A DNA stretch of 64,000 bases from assembly GCF_009914755.1 (NCBI RefSeq), contig NC_060938.1; one strand, written 5' to 3'. The translations under genes and the position numbers were made by a program. This document shows, one piece after another, positions 50,721-64,000 of the stretch (within the stretch, counting starts at the first letter, position 1; each line of letters starts with the position of its first letter). The stretch is from the human T2T-CHM13v2.0 reference genome, Homo sapiens. The notes beneath the pieces are model-generated. The model had not been told where the DNA came from. It made no database searches and worked only from the letters and a program-made list of their open reading frames with translations.

Positions 50721-53700
50721 CATGTTTATTTCAAATTCTGAAACACCAAATACATTTTTGAATCATAATCAGTTATTAAGTTAAAGACTGCCTGCATTCC
50801 ACTGTCAGGAAATTATATCAAAGAGAATGAGACTCTTTATTTCTAAAGCCAGTGGAAAATAACCATAGTTCAATCATTAGCCCCAGTTCAAAGACTTAGT
50901 ACATTTTCTTAGGCACAAAGTCCATTTATGCATAGTTTTCTGGAAATAAGACCTGACTTGCAGGTGATGCTTATGTCCCCTGTTTGCATATTCATCAGTC
51001 CTTTATAGCACATATCCTGGAACCATATCCTTCCTGTGCATTAAATTTTACCAAGTAAAACCATGAGTTTACAGGAAATTAAAAACAAACCAGTGATCAT
51101 TTTTCATAAGGAGTGTTGTAAAATGGTCTTTTACAAATGACCTGTAGCAGACATTTATTGTCACCTTCTCAGCATGTAATCCCCATTTCTTTCACCAGTA
51201 GCCCCCAGATATTCCTCTGCCAAATTCCTTTGAACTTATTCTTAGCGTGTGGAGCCTTAGATTCAAAGGGACACATGTTTAAACCAGGTACTAAATTACT
51301 ACTGATTAATAGACTTGAATATATTCTTGAGTACAGAGTTTGATTCAGGGATGAGTATCTCAGATGAAGCCAATAAGCCATAAGAAGATATTTGTTGGGT
51401 TTTGCAGTAGAGTAATCTCACCATCTTTTTAAGGGGAAGTACCAGAAGAAATGCTAATCTTCCTCTGAACTTCAGCTGCCATGTGGGAAGCTGACCTGGA
51501 CATTGTCCCTGTTCATAGGGTCGGGCATAGCTGAAGCACTGCAGATAAGCAAAGCCAAACTTCAAAGATGACATCAGGAACCTTTAGATCAAGATGTACA
51601 TCAAGTTAGAAAAATCTTATTTTGCAGATACGCAGGCAGAATTATGATCTTTTAATTTTTAAAGCCCATTTTGGTTAAGTTTTCTACCACATGTAACTGA
51701 AAGACTTCTAATTCAAGGGTAAGCTAGAAAATGATTAGAAAATATACTGTTATCCATAAGAACAAAAAAAGTGGACACTTTATTGATAATAAAAAAATTG
51801 CCCCATGCACTATAGATACATTCATTAGAGAAACAGAAGAAACAATTGGAAGGAATCACAGATTGAGACTCAGCATAGTTGTATTATTAACAAATAGTTT
51901 ATATATGTCAATAAATGTTTTCACATATGATTATTTATCCTCCTTTTAGACTGAAAATACCAGTCAGATAAAATGAATCTTAGATTGAATTTTTTAAATT
52001 AGTGCAAGGAAAATATCATGCCTGCAAAAAATGCTTTCAGCTGACTTTTATAGTTTAACTCTCAATGTGGGAGTCTTTTGATGACTAAAATCAAGAGAAG
52101 TCAAGCTTAAAACACCCCAGAGCTCCGAAGGAAAATTATGATGTTAAAATATATCCTTCAGTAAAAGTTAATGCAGAGATATTAGCATGCCATCATGTGA
52201 ACACTCATAGCAAAAGTACAAAATGGCAGAAGAAAACAAAGGATATTTACAGCAAAATATTTAGAAAGTAAGTTATAACTTCCAAAAATACTATTTTTAA
52301 TCTTCATTTTAAAAAAGCAATATGCAAATCACAGATGAGATTTGAAAAAAAATCACATATATGTAAATTTATATTAAATGCAAAATATGATGTTAAATGA
52401 CTCAGTATAAAATTAGTCTATTCCAGAAAGATAGAGGCAATGTACTCTTAGATTCTCCCATGCAATCAACTCAATGAACTTGGGCAGCTCATAGACACCT
52501 CTGTCCTTCAGTTACCCACATATTTGTGCATAAGGCTAGAGTGAACTGACATTACTCAAACATCATGAAGAATAGCTTATACTTAAATACATGAAACTGA
52601 CAAAAAATGTTTAATAACCTAATTTACATGAGTTCATTTGTTCCTATTTATGAAACTGTTTTTTCAACTAGAAAGCTGAAAATTTTAATATAAAGAAAAA
52701 GTGTGTCTTAAATGTTGTGTGTCTTAAATTTCCTCACTTTGTAATTCTTCTTTCTTTTAAAAATATCAATAGTGTAAAAAATTAAAGTGATGAGTGCCCA
52801 TGATGAGGAGAGAAAAATGTATATGCTTTATCGTGTGTGGTCATGGGGGTGGTTATGTAATAGAAATAAAGAGATTTTTATATTGTAGGTGACTGGAGCA
52901 GTAAAGAGTGAAGAGGTATGGGTGTGCTAACTGGGCATGTATATGTATATTACTAAGGTAGGCAAAGAAATAATTCTTTCACAGCAACTGACTGATGGTA
53001 CTCTAGATTTCTAGAAGCAGAATACTGTAACCAGAAAAACTTGCTAAATTTGTGAGGGTGGAGGATGGGCGGGTGGTAGTGAGTTCACCAGGCTTCACAG
53101 ATACTGCAGGAGAACAAATGTGCTAAATTTCTTTTTAATAAGAAGAGAACAATAATGCAATTTTAAAAATATCTATATAGAGATAAATAATTTCTAAAAA
53201 AACACACGTTAATGTTATATATGCATATGTGTGTTGATAAATATATAAAACTTGGTATAAACTGTTATAAGATACTAATTAATTGCTTAGAATAAAACAA
53301 AACATTAAGCTTTTTATTATTGATCTACATATCACATCACACACAAAATAGATAAGAATATGCTCATAATTTGCAACAATATGCAAAAAGCATTTGCCAA
53401 AAAACATTTTGTTATTTTATGTCTACTTTTATGCTTTTTCTTCTTATCTAATATTCTATAACATTAGATATCTTTATAGGGAAACATTTTAAAAAGAAAG
53501 TTGGATGACTAACATGTTTAAGCCTCTTACAGGAATCTGACAATAAAGCTACTTAGGAGCCATAAGCCATCTATAGTATCAGTCTGCTTTATATAAAGTC
53601 TGGTGACACTAGAAGCTGTCAAACACACATTCAGGAGACATAGATAATTAGCTAAGTGCTAGGCTATCATAATTTTTACTGTTTTCATTTTCCAACTTTT

Positions 53701-53749
53701 GCCTCTTTTGGAGGCCATATGCCCTTGGTTGTTAAAAAATCAAGTTATA

Positions 53750-54066
53750 GGCTGGGCACAGTGGCTCATACCTGTAATCCCAGCATTTTGGGAAGCTGAG
53801 GCGGGCAGATCAACTGAGGTCAGGAGTTCGAGATCAAACTGGCAAACATGGTGAAACCCCGTCTCTACTAAAAATACAAAAATTGGCCAGGAGTGGTGGT
53901 GGGTGCCTGTAATCCCAGCTACTTGGGAGGCTGAGGCAGGGAGAATCACTTAGACCCGGGAGGCGGAGGTTGCAGTGAGCCGAGATCACACCATTTTACT
54001 CCAGCTTGGGCGATAGAGCAAGACTCAGTCTCAAAAACAAAACAAAACAAACAAACAAATAAAAAA
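53750..54066 (+). mobile_element. AluS (Sx/Sz-like)
   Basis: Full dimer with (aaaac)n tail. Confidence 0.96.
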
Positions 54067-56189
54067 CACTACCAATTAAAATATTTTTATTTTGTTTTTA
54101 GTTCTTAATCTATTTTATATTTCATGCATACCTACATTCTAATTTAAGCAGCTGATTGTTATTTGTTTCTCCACAGTTCTCTTCATAGGATGGAAGGTCC
54201 ACATGTCTTAAGTCACCTGTTTTGTTTTCCCCTCCATGCAATTATTTTAAATTGCAATTTTGTATACAGCATATGACTCAAAAATACAACTCATGTGGTC
54301 AATTACATTGTTACTCTATCTTAGAGAGTTTGAATTTACATGTAATGCTTAATGGAAATAGTTGATGGTTTTCTTTTAAAAATGATGAGTAAACGCAAGT
54401 ATAAAAACGGCAAAGGTTAAATTCTCCCAAGTTTTTATTTGATTATTTTGTCAGAGGGAAGTGGAAAAATTTTATCCCTCTTTACCCTCCCTAATTACTT
54501 TCCAAGTCACATTGTTTTAATCTTCTGGAGTCATCTTTTCATTTGGAAAAAAAATTATGAGTTTACACCATATATGGGCATTCTTACCTTAATAAGCTAT
54601 AATTTGTGAGATAATGATATCCAAATGAGTAAGGACTATTTTCTCCTCTTTTTTGGAATTAAGAGATAAACCAAGAGTCCAAAGACATTTTCCCCCATCT
54701 CAGTATTACTTCAGGTAAATAAAGTGCACTGAGCTAGAAGGTCATTATGCTTCTTGATAATAAACTCTCTCCTCTCCATGAAGCCAGATAATAAATCAGT
54801 AGAGCCACTGCTTGAGAACAAGGGGAACTATTTTGGAACAACCTCATATTTTTAAAGTCATTTCTTATTTGGCAAATGCCATGTCTATACACCTGGCTTA
54901 ACAGATAGACTAATTCCAGATCTCAGATATTATGAAGTGCAGACCTCTGAGCCATATTCCCTAGGAAGCATCACATCATTAAATCACCTACTTCACTTAT
55001 TCTCAGGAGCCACTATGAGCTCTCTAAGGATTTGCATTCACAATGTACTATTCTCTCTTTAATGATGTTTTCCTCTCTTTTGAAAAGTCACTCTATCCTT
55101 CTGACTCAACAAATATACACTTTGAGAAATCAAGCTAAATGCAATGGATACCTGCAACAAAAATGCTGCCTAAAATCATAAAACACTGAAAATGATCATC
55201 CAAAAGCACAGTTGCTGCTATTATCCCACTACAAGCAACTCATGAGATTAATTTCCCAGAAGAGGCTGATGTCAATGATAAGTAAAACTGCATATTATGA
55301 ACCCATGTGAACTTCCTAACGTAAAAATCTATAATATGGACATTAAAGTATAAGTACTTTTCAAGGCCTGAGAAATTATATTAGTCATTTTTTTCTATGA
55401 CACATCACAAGTAAGTGTAGTCAGAAAATAGATACAGAACACAGAACAGGAGAAAGCTGACATTTTATTAACAATTCCATTAAAATAAATGAGCTCACGT
55501 CCAAGCAAAAATCAAGAATCAATAAGTGTTTTAAATTAAGCACTTGACGTGTTGGAAATGAATGTACACTTTAGAACACTGAAGGAACCAGTGACCACTC
55601 CTTGAAATATGATTCCAATCTATTAGATTCATTACATGAAAAACTTGAATAAACTTCACTTGAGTTAAAGATAAATTCAGATTTAAACTAATATTGACCT
55701 TCCTCAAAGTACAGGAATGGTGTCATTCAGAATTAAGGAACAATAATTTGTCAAACAATATCAGTACAGGATGAATTTCAACTTACACGAGAATTTTATT
55801 TCTTTTCTAATGCTTATTGAAGACATTGATATTTTGTCATTGATTTAAATCCAAGGATAGCAAAACCTGTCATGGATAAAATAATTAGTGAAAATAACTT
55901 CCACTTTGAAGGCACACACATACACAGAAATTAAAATTGATTTCCCACATTCCCTGACCCCAGTCTTTTTAAGGGAAGACTTGCTTCCTCCTTCCAGAGC
56001 ATCTTAGTCATTGGTTCAATGACTGTAATTTTTTATATTCAATTATTGAATAAGAAACTAGAATCTGGATGTGGGGGATCAGTTTTTAGATGATATCACA
56101 TGTACTTCTTTCAGTCTTTCTCAGGGTACCTTGCAAAGTTCCCTGACTCATCATTCATGCATTAAGAGCAGTTTTAACAAGAACATTTA

Positions 56190-56866
<677 letters not shown>

Positions 56867-57116
56867 TAATATATTAAGCCCCTGAATGACTCTAAAAGGA
56901 AAACATTTTCCTTTTCTATTTCTCCTTATTTTAAATACTCCACTGAACTAAAATTAAACACATTAACTAATATAAACCAATGGTTAGAAAACTTTGCATT
57001 TCACTTTCTTTATACAGGTATGCCAATGATTTTTCTCTTGCAATAGAAATGCAAGTTAACATGTGAAATAGATTAATCAAAACAACATAATGTTGTGTTT
57101 TAATTAAATATCTAGA

Positions 57117-57224
57117 ATATATTTATATGTGTGGGTATATATATGTATATATTTGTGTATGTGTGTATATGTGTATATATATGTATATATGTGTATATAT
57201 GTGTATATATACACACACACACAC
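57117..57224. repeat. (TA/TG/CA)n compound microsatellite
   Basis: Direct reading; source of low-complexity ORFs 57112-57438 and 57131-57343. Confidence 0.93.
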
Positions 57225-60200
57225 AATTAAATATCAGTAGAAATGCTATGTTCAGTTGGAAGTGTTCTCTAAAGAAACTGCCTTCTCTTTCTGCTTTAAA
57301 TAATTTTATACATGCAGTTCTGAGTAGTTTTGCTACCATCTGACCACAGAGAATGTCTGAAACTGTAAAGTTAGAACAATCCAGAAGAAGTGAATGAGGT
57401 AGATAATAACTAGTGAGGGTGATATTTCTAAGTTTCAAATTTTAACAGTTACAAGGAATAGAATCAGCAATAATAGCAGAGGTATTTCCTTCAAATGTAA
57501 TAGATAAAATAATTCTAGTGCTAAATTAATTTAAAAGTAACTATTACATTCAGAAGTTTATCCCTACTTTATAGTATTTCGAAAACCCATTATTCTCATA
57601 CAGTACTTCCATAACTAGGCTGCATTCATTAAGATGCCAGAATTTCAATTTCCCAAAAAGATTGACACTTTCGGGTAATCTCCACAATTTTAGAGGCAAT
57701 TCAATCTATTTTGATTTAAAATTGATTAGCATCTTTGGAAATAATGTGTCACGAATTGCTGAGCTAATCAAGGTAAATGGGGCCATACATTAAACATTCA
57801 AGAACGTTATTCAATCACAAAATAACCCACATTTCCAAGCTCCAGATCAACAAATTAAAGCTGCCCTTTGCAAAGCTTAATTTCTTTGGCTCATCAGTAT
57901 TGTTGTGTACATTTATATAGTTATCAAACATTAACAACATGCTCTTGAAATAGGAAACAGCCTGTGCTCCCTACCTAGGCATGCCAAATAAGCAAAGGCC
58001 AAAAAGGACGAAAGAAAAATAATGAAAATATAATCAAGTCCATATTTCTCGCTTATTCAGGTTTCACATGACAAAACACCCGGTAAGTACACAAAGTTAT
58101 TATGGTAAAACCTACGTTAATTAGAATCACCAAAATAGTTCTGGATATACATTAGAAGTTCAACACAAAAAGTAGAGGTTAAATACAATTTAATTGATAT
58201 TGACCCTGAATTATTATCTATTATTTTAATTTTAATTTTTTAAAATTTTAAAGTGATTTGGAGAATGCCCTTAGTTCTATGTGTTAGTATGCTTTTAGCA
58301 AAATCTATCTGAAGTGGAAAAAGTGATGACAAAGAGACTGGAATTCAGAATACTTAGAGGTTAACATCTGTAATCGATCCATGGAATCTTCAGGTTGTCT
58401 CGATATAAATTCAAATGAAACTGTGAGGGATGACAACAGGTAAGGACCATTCAGGGAAACAGATGAAGCAAAGGCACCTGCACTTTGCTCTAATCCCCAG
58501 GTGGGCTCAGTCTCCAGGTGACTCCAGGCCTGTCTGCCTGCCTATATGTGAGCCTATAGCTAGACTAGGGGTGAGTTCATTAAGCCTTCAGCACACGATC
58601 ACAACAGAGATATCTGTTTTTATTTTGCTATCCATCATATTAGAAGCTGCTTTTGCCTTAGTTTGTCACTGAAACGAAATGTCCCTATTTCTTCCTTCAG
58701 CAGCTTGCAAGTTGAAAGGTGTATCAAATGGGAACACAGCGTCACAGTTGAAACATTTATTTTCCTCCAAAAACCATCTTCAGGCAGTGGAACTGACAAT
58801 ACTTTCCAGTAATGCTTGAGGGCAAAATCAAGGACAGATAGAACACAACTGAGGTATGTGGTATTTCTTTTATTTCCTCCTCCAGTTTAAAGGTGCTTTT
58901 AAATGTAAAGCATCTTTTCTACTAGATGATAGTTTTTAAAATAGACTTTAGTATGAAAAGCATATTTTTGAAGATTTGTATCCTTATTTCAAACTACAAC
59001 GTAAGCCAACCCTTCAGCCTAGATTATTAAAATAATGGGATCAAGGAGTGTTAAACCTATTAGACTGAGTAGGAGAAAATGTTTGGGGCAGGAAATAAGT
59101 GCAGAGGATTTTACTTTAATGGCACAGAAAATACATTTAAAAATTACTATTAATAACATCTTTCTTCTACCATTACATAAAGACTTATTTGATCACTTCA
59201 CGCCAGAAAACTGGAATCATTACACTGACAACTGAAACAGAAAGTAGAGATCATTGAAGAAATGAAAGATAATTTAAGATAAGAACATTGAGGCTCCAAG
59301 TATGGCTTCTAGAGAATTAAGCTACAGTATGCTAAGATCATCTGAGTGTCCTGAAAAGGGTTATATTTATAGCAGTTTTGTTCAATATATGACAAACAGC
59401 ACGTAATCTCCTCTGTAAAAAGGAATAAAATACCCATTTAGTGGCGATGAATTATCTTTTACACTATTCAGCTCCATTTTAATAATATATGTCCTGTCTT
59501 CTCTCGTACTAAGTTACATTATAGTGACCTGAATAAGTTATAAACTCTCCAGAATAGGCTTTCTCATGTGCACAATCAAAATAATGTCAGGGACTGTGTC
59601 TTATGCCTCTTGGTAGCTCCAATGCCTGTGAGGGGGCCTTCCATGAGGTGGGTCTTCAGTAACACTTGCTAAGTTAATGACTAAATGAATGATTTCTTAA
59701 GCGAGTTGTGGTCATGAAAATACAACCATCAGTCACTAGAATGCACATTACAGAATTATTTAACCTTCAAGTTACAAGGAGTCTTACAGGAGTGCTCATT
59801 AAACTCACATTCAATTTAAGAATACCTTCTACATTTGTGAAGCTTTGTCCTCTAAATCCCAGTTTAAAAATCTCAATGATTGGAAGTTCACTGTTCCATT
59901 TTCATTCAGCTTCATTTGTTAAACTTGCCTATGTTGAGTCACAAATTGCTTCCTTGCAGCTTGCATCCTAACTCTGTCCTCTGGATAACACAGAACAAGA
60001 AAATTGCCTTTTCATCCTGACAACACTCGAAATTTTTTAAGACTACGGTAATTGTCTCACTTACTCGTTTCTGGTTTAACGTTCCCACATCTCTCACTTT
60101 TTTATGGTTTTCTGGTTTCCAGGTCCAGTCTCTTGGTCTTTTATGATCTCTGGACACTTGCCACTGGATATTCTCTACTTTTTCAGTCACTTTCTATAAA

Positions 60201-60239
60201 TGTGGAACTCAAAATGAACAAAATTAAAAGAGCCTGGCT

Positions 60240-60547
60240 GGCCAGGCACAGTGGTTCAGCCTGGAATCCCAGCACTCTGGGAGGCCAAGGCAGGCAGATC
60301 ACCTGAGGTCAGGAGTTTGAGACTAGCCTGGTCAACATGGTAAAATCCTGCCTCTACTAAAAATACAAAAATTATCCGGGCGTGGTGGCACACAGCTGTG
60401 GCCCCAGCTACTCAGGTGGCTAAGACAGGATAATCACTTGAACCCGGAAGGCAGAGGTTGCGGTGAACCGAGACTGCACCACTGCATTTCACCCTGGACG
60501 ACAGTGAGACACCGTCTCAAAAAATAAAATAAAATAATAAAAAAAAA
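60240..60547 (+). mobile_element. AluS (Sx/Sz-like)
   Basis: Full dimer with A-tail. Confidence 0.95.
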
Positions 60548-60564
60548 GCTTAATTGATTTTAAG

Positions 60565-61800
60565 TTTTTTTTTTTTCTCTCTCTCTTTTTTTGCAGCAGT
60601 TTTATTATGGTGTGTCCAGATGTGTTTTTTTTCCATTATATTTACCCTCCTGGAGTGTACAGACTTTGGATTTGTGGCTTAATCTTCAGTTTAAATTTTT
60701 TATTGATTCTGTCCCATTCTCTTGCTCTTCACTTTCTAGAACTCTAAATTATATATATGTAGGCACATGTCACCAGTTTTTAAATATTCTTCTTCATTTT
60801 CTAGGCATTTCCTTCTTTGAGCTTTAATCTGGATATTTCTAGGCACTGATCTTTCAGTTCACTAACCCTCTCCTTTGACTTGCCAAATCTGTTATGAATC
60901 CATATATTGAATTTTTAATTTTCAATCACTGCATTTTTCAGATTCCAGTTCTTTAAGAAAATTCTCCATCTTTTTCTCTATTTCTTGAAAATATTAATCA
61001 TACTTAGGCGTTCCTGATAACTCCAAAATCTAAATAATCTATTAAATATGTTTTTTTCATTTGTGGTCATCTGAACCTGTTTATCAGCATGCCAGGTAAT
61101 TTTAAATGAATATTATAAATAGTACACAAGATATTGCACAAAAGCTCTGGTTGGTCTGATTTTTCTCCAAATAGAATTTTATTTTATTCTAGAAGGCAGG
61201 TAAGGTACTGATATCTTCAGTTAAGTGTGAGTTTTGGGATTTGTTAGGGATGGTGTTTTCTTCCAGTTTGCTCTTATTCTTGGATCATAGTACTTTTGGG
61301 ATCAAAACTGTAAGCTAGTGGTATTTAAAAGGACCACTCCACTTTCCTAGGCACTAAACTCTAACTTCTCTCTCCCCAGGACGACTGGACGGTGATATCT
61401 TTGCTCAGCTATTTGGTCTCCCGGGAACAGGTTTCTGCTTGATTTCAAGGAGTTTCACCCTACACTTGTGTAGTGTAAGAATTGGCAAATGCCTTCAGAG
61501 GAAATCACCTACTGCATATTATTTCTGGTTTAGTTCTCTGAGATTTCTTCTTCACCCTCAAGTCCTGATTTACTTGGCAGCCCTGGCTGTGACAGTCTCT
61601 CTCTCCAACCCAGCAAGTCTGTTGTAAGCGTCTGACTTTATACTTCCTCCTCAGGCTCTCTTCTCTTTGCTGAAAATAGACAGATTTTGGTAAGAAAAAA
61701 GTAGAACAATTGTTGAGATCACCATGGTGCACTCTCCTCTCCAGAATGTTGTTCCAAGCCCCATCTGCTTTGAGTTTTCACCCACGTCTCCCAAGATTTT
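60565..61800 (-). mobile_element. Old L1M 5'/ORF1-region fragment
   Basis: T-rich antisense motifs (tctttcagttcactaa, ccatatattgaatttttaattt, cctgataactccaaaatc). Confidence 0.6.
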
Positions 61801-61849
61801 GGTATGTCATTTTAATTGTAGAGAGTGCAGTGAGCTTATCACAGTATCA

Positions 61850-63210
61850 GCATGCTCACTGAGTATTTACTAAGTCCCAAGCACCATACTGAACAACCTA
61901 CAAAGGTGATTAAGACATGGTTCCTGCCCTTCACTTAATTCACACAGAGGGTAAGGTCAAGTGTGTGAGATGATTACGGGAGAGTCAAACAGGGTATTTA
62001 TTCTTGAGAATAATCACTATTTCTGTTTGTTTCTAGTTGGAAATAATTTTGTTTTTTACTTCTGACTTTAAAGCTAATTCACATTCATTGTAAAATAAAT
62101 CAGAAAATAAATAAAACTATAAAAAGAAACTAGACACAATCTCTTGGTTCCCACTAGGAAACAGCCATTGTTTTGTTGTGTATCTGTCAAGAATTTTATA
62201 GATGGATTCTTGGAAGGAACAAAAGAAAGGAGGATGGAAGGAGTAGAAAAAGGAAGGGCAGGAGGTAGGAAAGAAAGGAAAAGACAGTTATTATAGAGGT
62301 TGTGTTAAAAATACTTGCAGTGGAAAGGATAATCTGTGAAGCATGTGTACATGAGAAAACAAGTGAGCCAAAAACTGAGGGCAGAACCTTGGGGAAAGCT
62401 AAAGTATACAGCAGGAGTGATGTGGCGTGAGGTTGGGTAGTTAGAAAAGAGGAAACTCTGAAGTCTGGAGCAAGAGAACAGAGTTTCAAGAAGTGGATAT
62501 GAGGAGAAGCCTCAAATGCAGCAAGAATTTCTTAGAAATACCCTCTGCATTTGACCCTCATAATATCAGCCTTGGAGGCTTCAATGGAACTATTTTGAGC
62601 ACAGCAGTGGTGGCAATGCCAGACTGCAGAGAGGTTAAGCGGAAATGAGAAAGGAGAAATTGAAGACATCCACTACCAATTATCCTCCTTAATAATTTGG
62701 ACATGAGAGAGAGGAAAGAGATAAAAGGAGTGGGTAAAAGCCAAATAAGTTCTTTAGTTTTAATGCTGGAGAAACTTGAGCATGTTTACACACTAAGGGC
62801 AAGGAGTAAACAGAAGGCAAAAACAGAAAATGCTGGCAAGAGCATGAAGCTAACAAAATAAGACTCCTTCTTTAGATGTTATAATATGTAATACGATTAC
62901 CCTTGACCTTTTTTGTATCCACATTTCAGAGCAAGCACACATGAAACTTAAGGCCAAATAAAACCACCACATCCTTTTCACAAGAACTGAGGCCAGGTCA
63001 GGCCTGTTCTTCTCAGTGCCTAAGTCCTCTAGAAGCCTTTCTCCTGTACCTAAACACGGCACTGCTAACAGTCACACCTCTGACCCACCATGCTCTCATT
63101 CAATCAAATTTAATCAGTGCTTATCGTAGGCAGAGCATGATGTTAGCATGCAGAATAAAGCAGTACAAAACAAACGCTGTTCTGCCCTCTGAGAGCTTAT
63201 CTTCTAGTTG
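61850..63210 (-). mobile_element. Scattered L2 fragments (~61850-61930, ~62250-62830, ~63095-63210)
   Basis: gagtatttactaagt...gacatggttcctgccct; aactgagggcagaaccttgggg; gagtttcaagaag; gccagactgcag. Confidence 0.6.
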
Positions 63211-63794
63211 TTTACAGCTCATGATATATTATCTCATCAAACAGTCATCATACATATTGATAAGAATCCAAAATATGGAAGTTCTTTGGTCAGTGGCTGT
63301 TGAAACTTGTGGCAACTTTCCACCTTCCAATAAAAGAAGGAGATCATGGTCTCTTCTGTCATTGCCTGAGAATAGATTTCCAGTAGATTTGCAAATAAGA
63401 CTAGAAAATAATAATCCACAAAAAGTATAGACATATTATGGCAACAACATTAAGTAAAACAAATGTTTTAAAAGCTACATTTAACCAGTTTTTAAATGAT
63501 CTATATAACGGAAAGTATTGATTAGATTAATATTTATTTGCTTTGGGGTGCATTAGTTTTTTTAGACCAAATTGATCAAATCAAATAATTCTCTTCTAAC
63601 TTTACATAGCCTTAAATAAATTCTCTCTTTTTGCATCTGATTTTGAAACTCATGAATAAGATCATCAATATATTTTATCTTGTAAAACAATCTATCTACT
63701 ACACCAAGAAAATAATCTAAATATCTACTCTCAGGTACAAACTATATATATTCCAAAAAATAATTTCAGAAAACTTTCTAGGAAAGGGACATAG

Positions 63795-64000
<206 letters not shown>

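Noticed and set aside
60530-60592. Apparent long hairpin aaaaaaagcttaa...ttaagttttttt
   Set aside because: Mostly an Alu A-tail abutting a T-tract; low complexity explains the pairing

Overview
AT-rich primate (most likely human or great ape) genomic DNA, intronic or intergenic in character, with no CpG island. I cannot recognise any protein-coding gene, tRNA, rRNA or known ncRNA. A large fraction is interspersed repeat: 13 Alus (J, S and Y), several L1 3' ends with visible target-site duplications (TSDs), a full-length THE1A MaLR provirus, THE1C/MLT1B/MLT1A0 LTRs, Tigger3a, MER1B and MER33 DNA-transposon derivatives, and many MIR/L2 relics. The longer ORFs in the supplied track are repeat-derived; the rest look like chance ORFs. 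The best second-look items are local rearrangement signatures: (i) a ~70-bp insert inside an Alu monomer that is an inverted copy of unique sequence ~750 bp downstream, (ii) a 266-bp direct tandem duplication, (iii) a small duplication in which each copy carries its own hairpin, (iv) a 5'-inverted L1PB, and (v) several clusters of splice-site-bounded segments that may be lncRNA or micro-exons. I found no convincing new biological system. Repeat subfamily calls are from memory of consensus sequences and boundaries are approximate.
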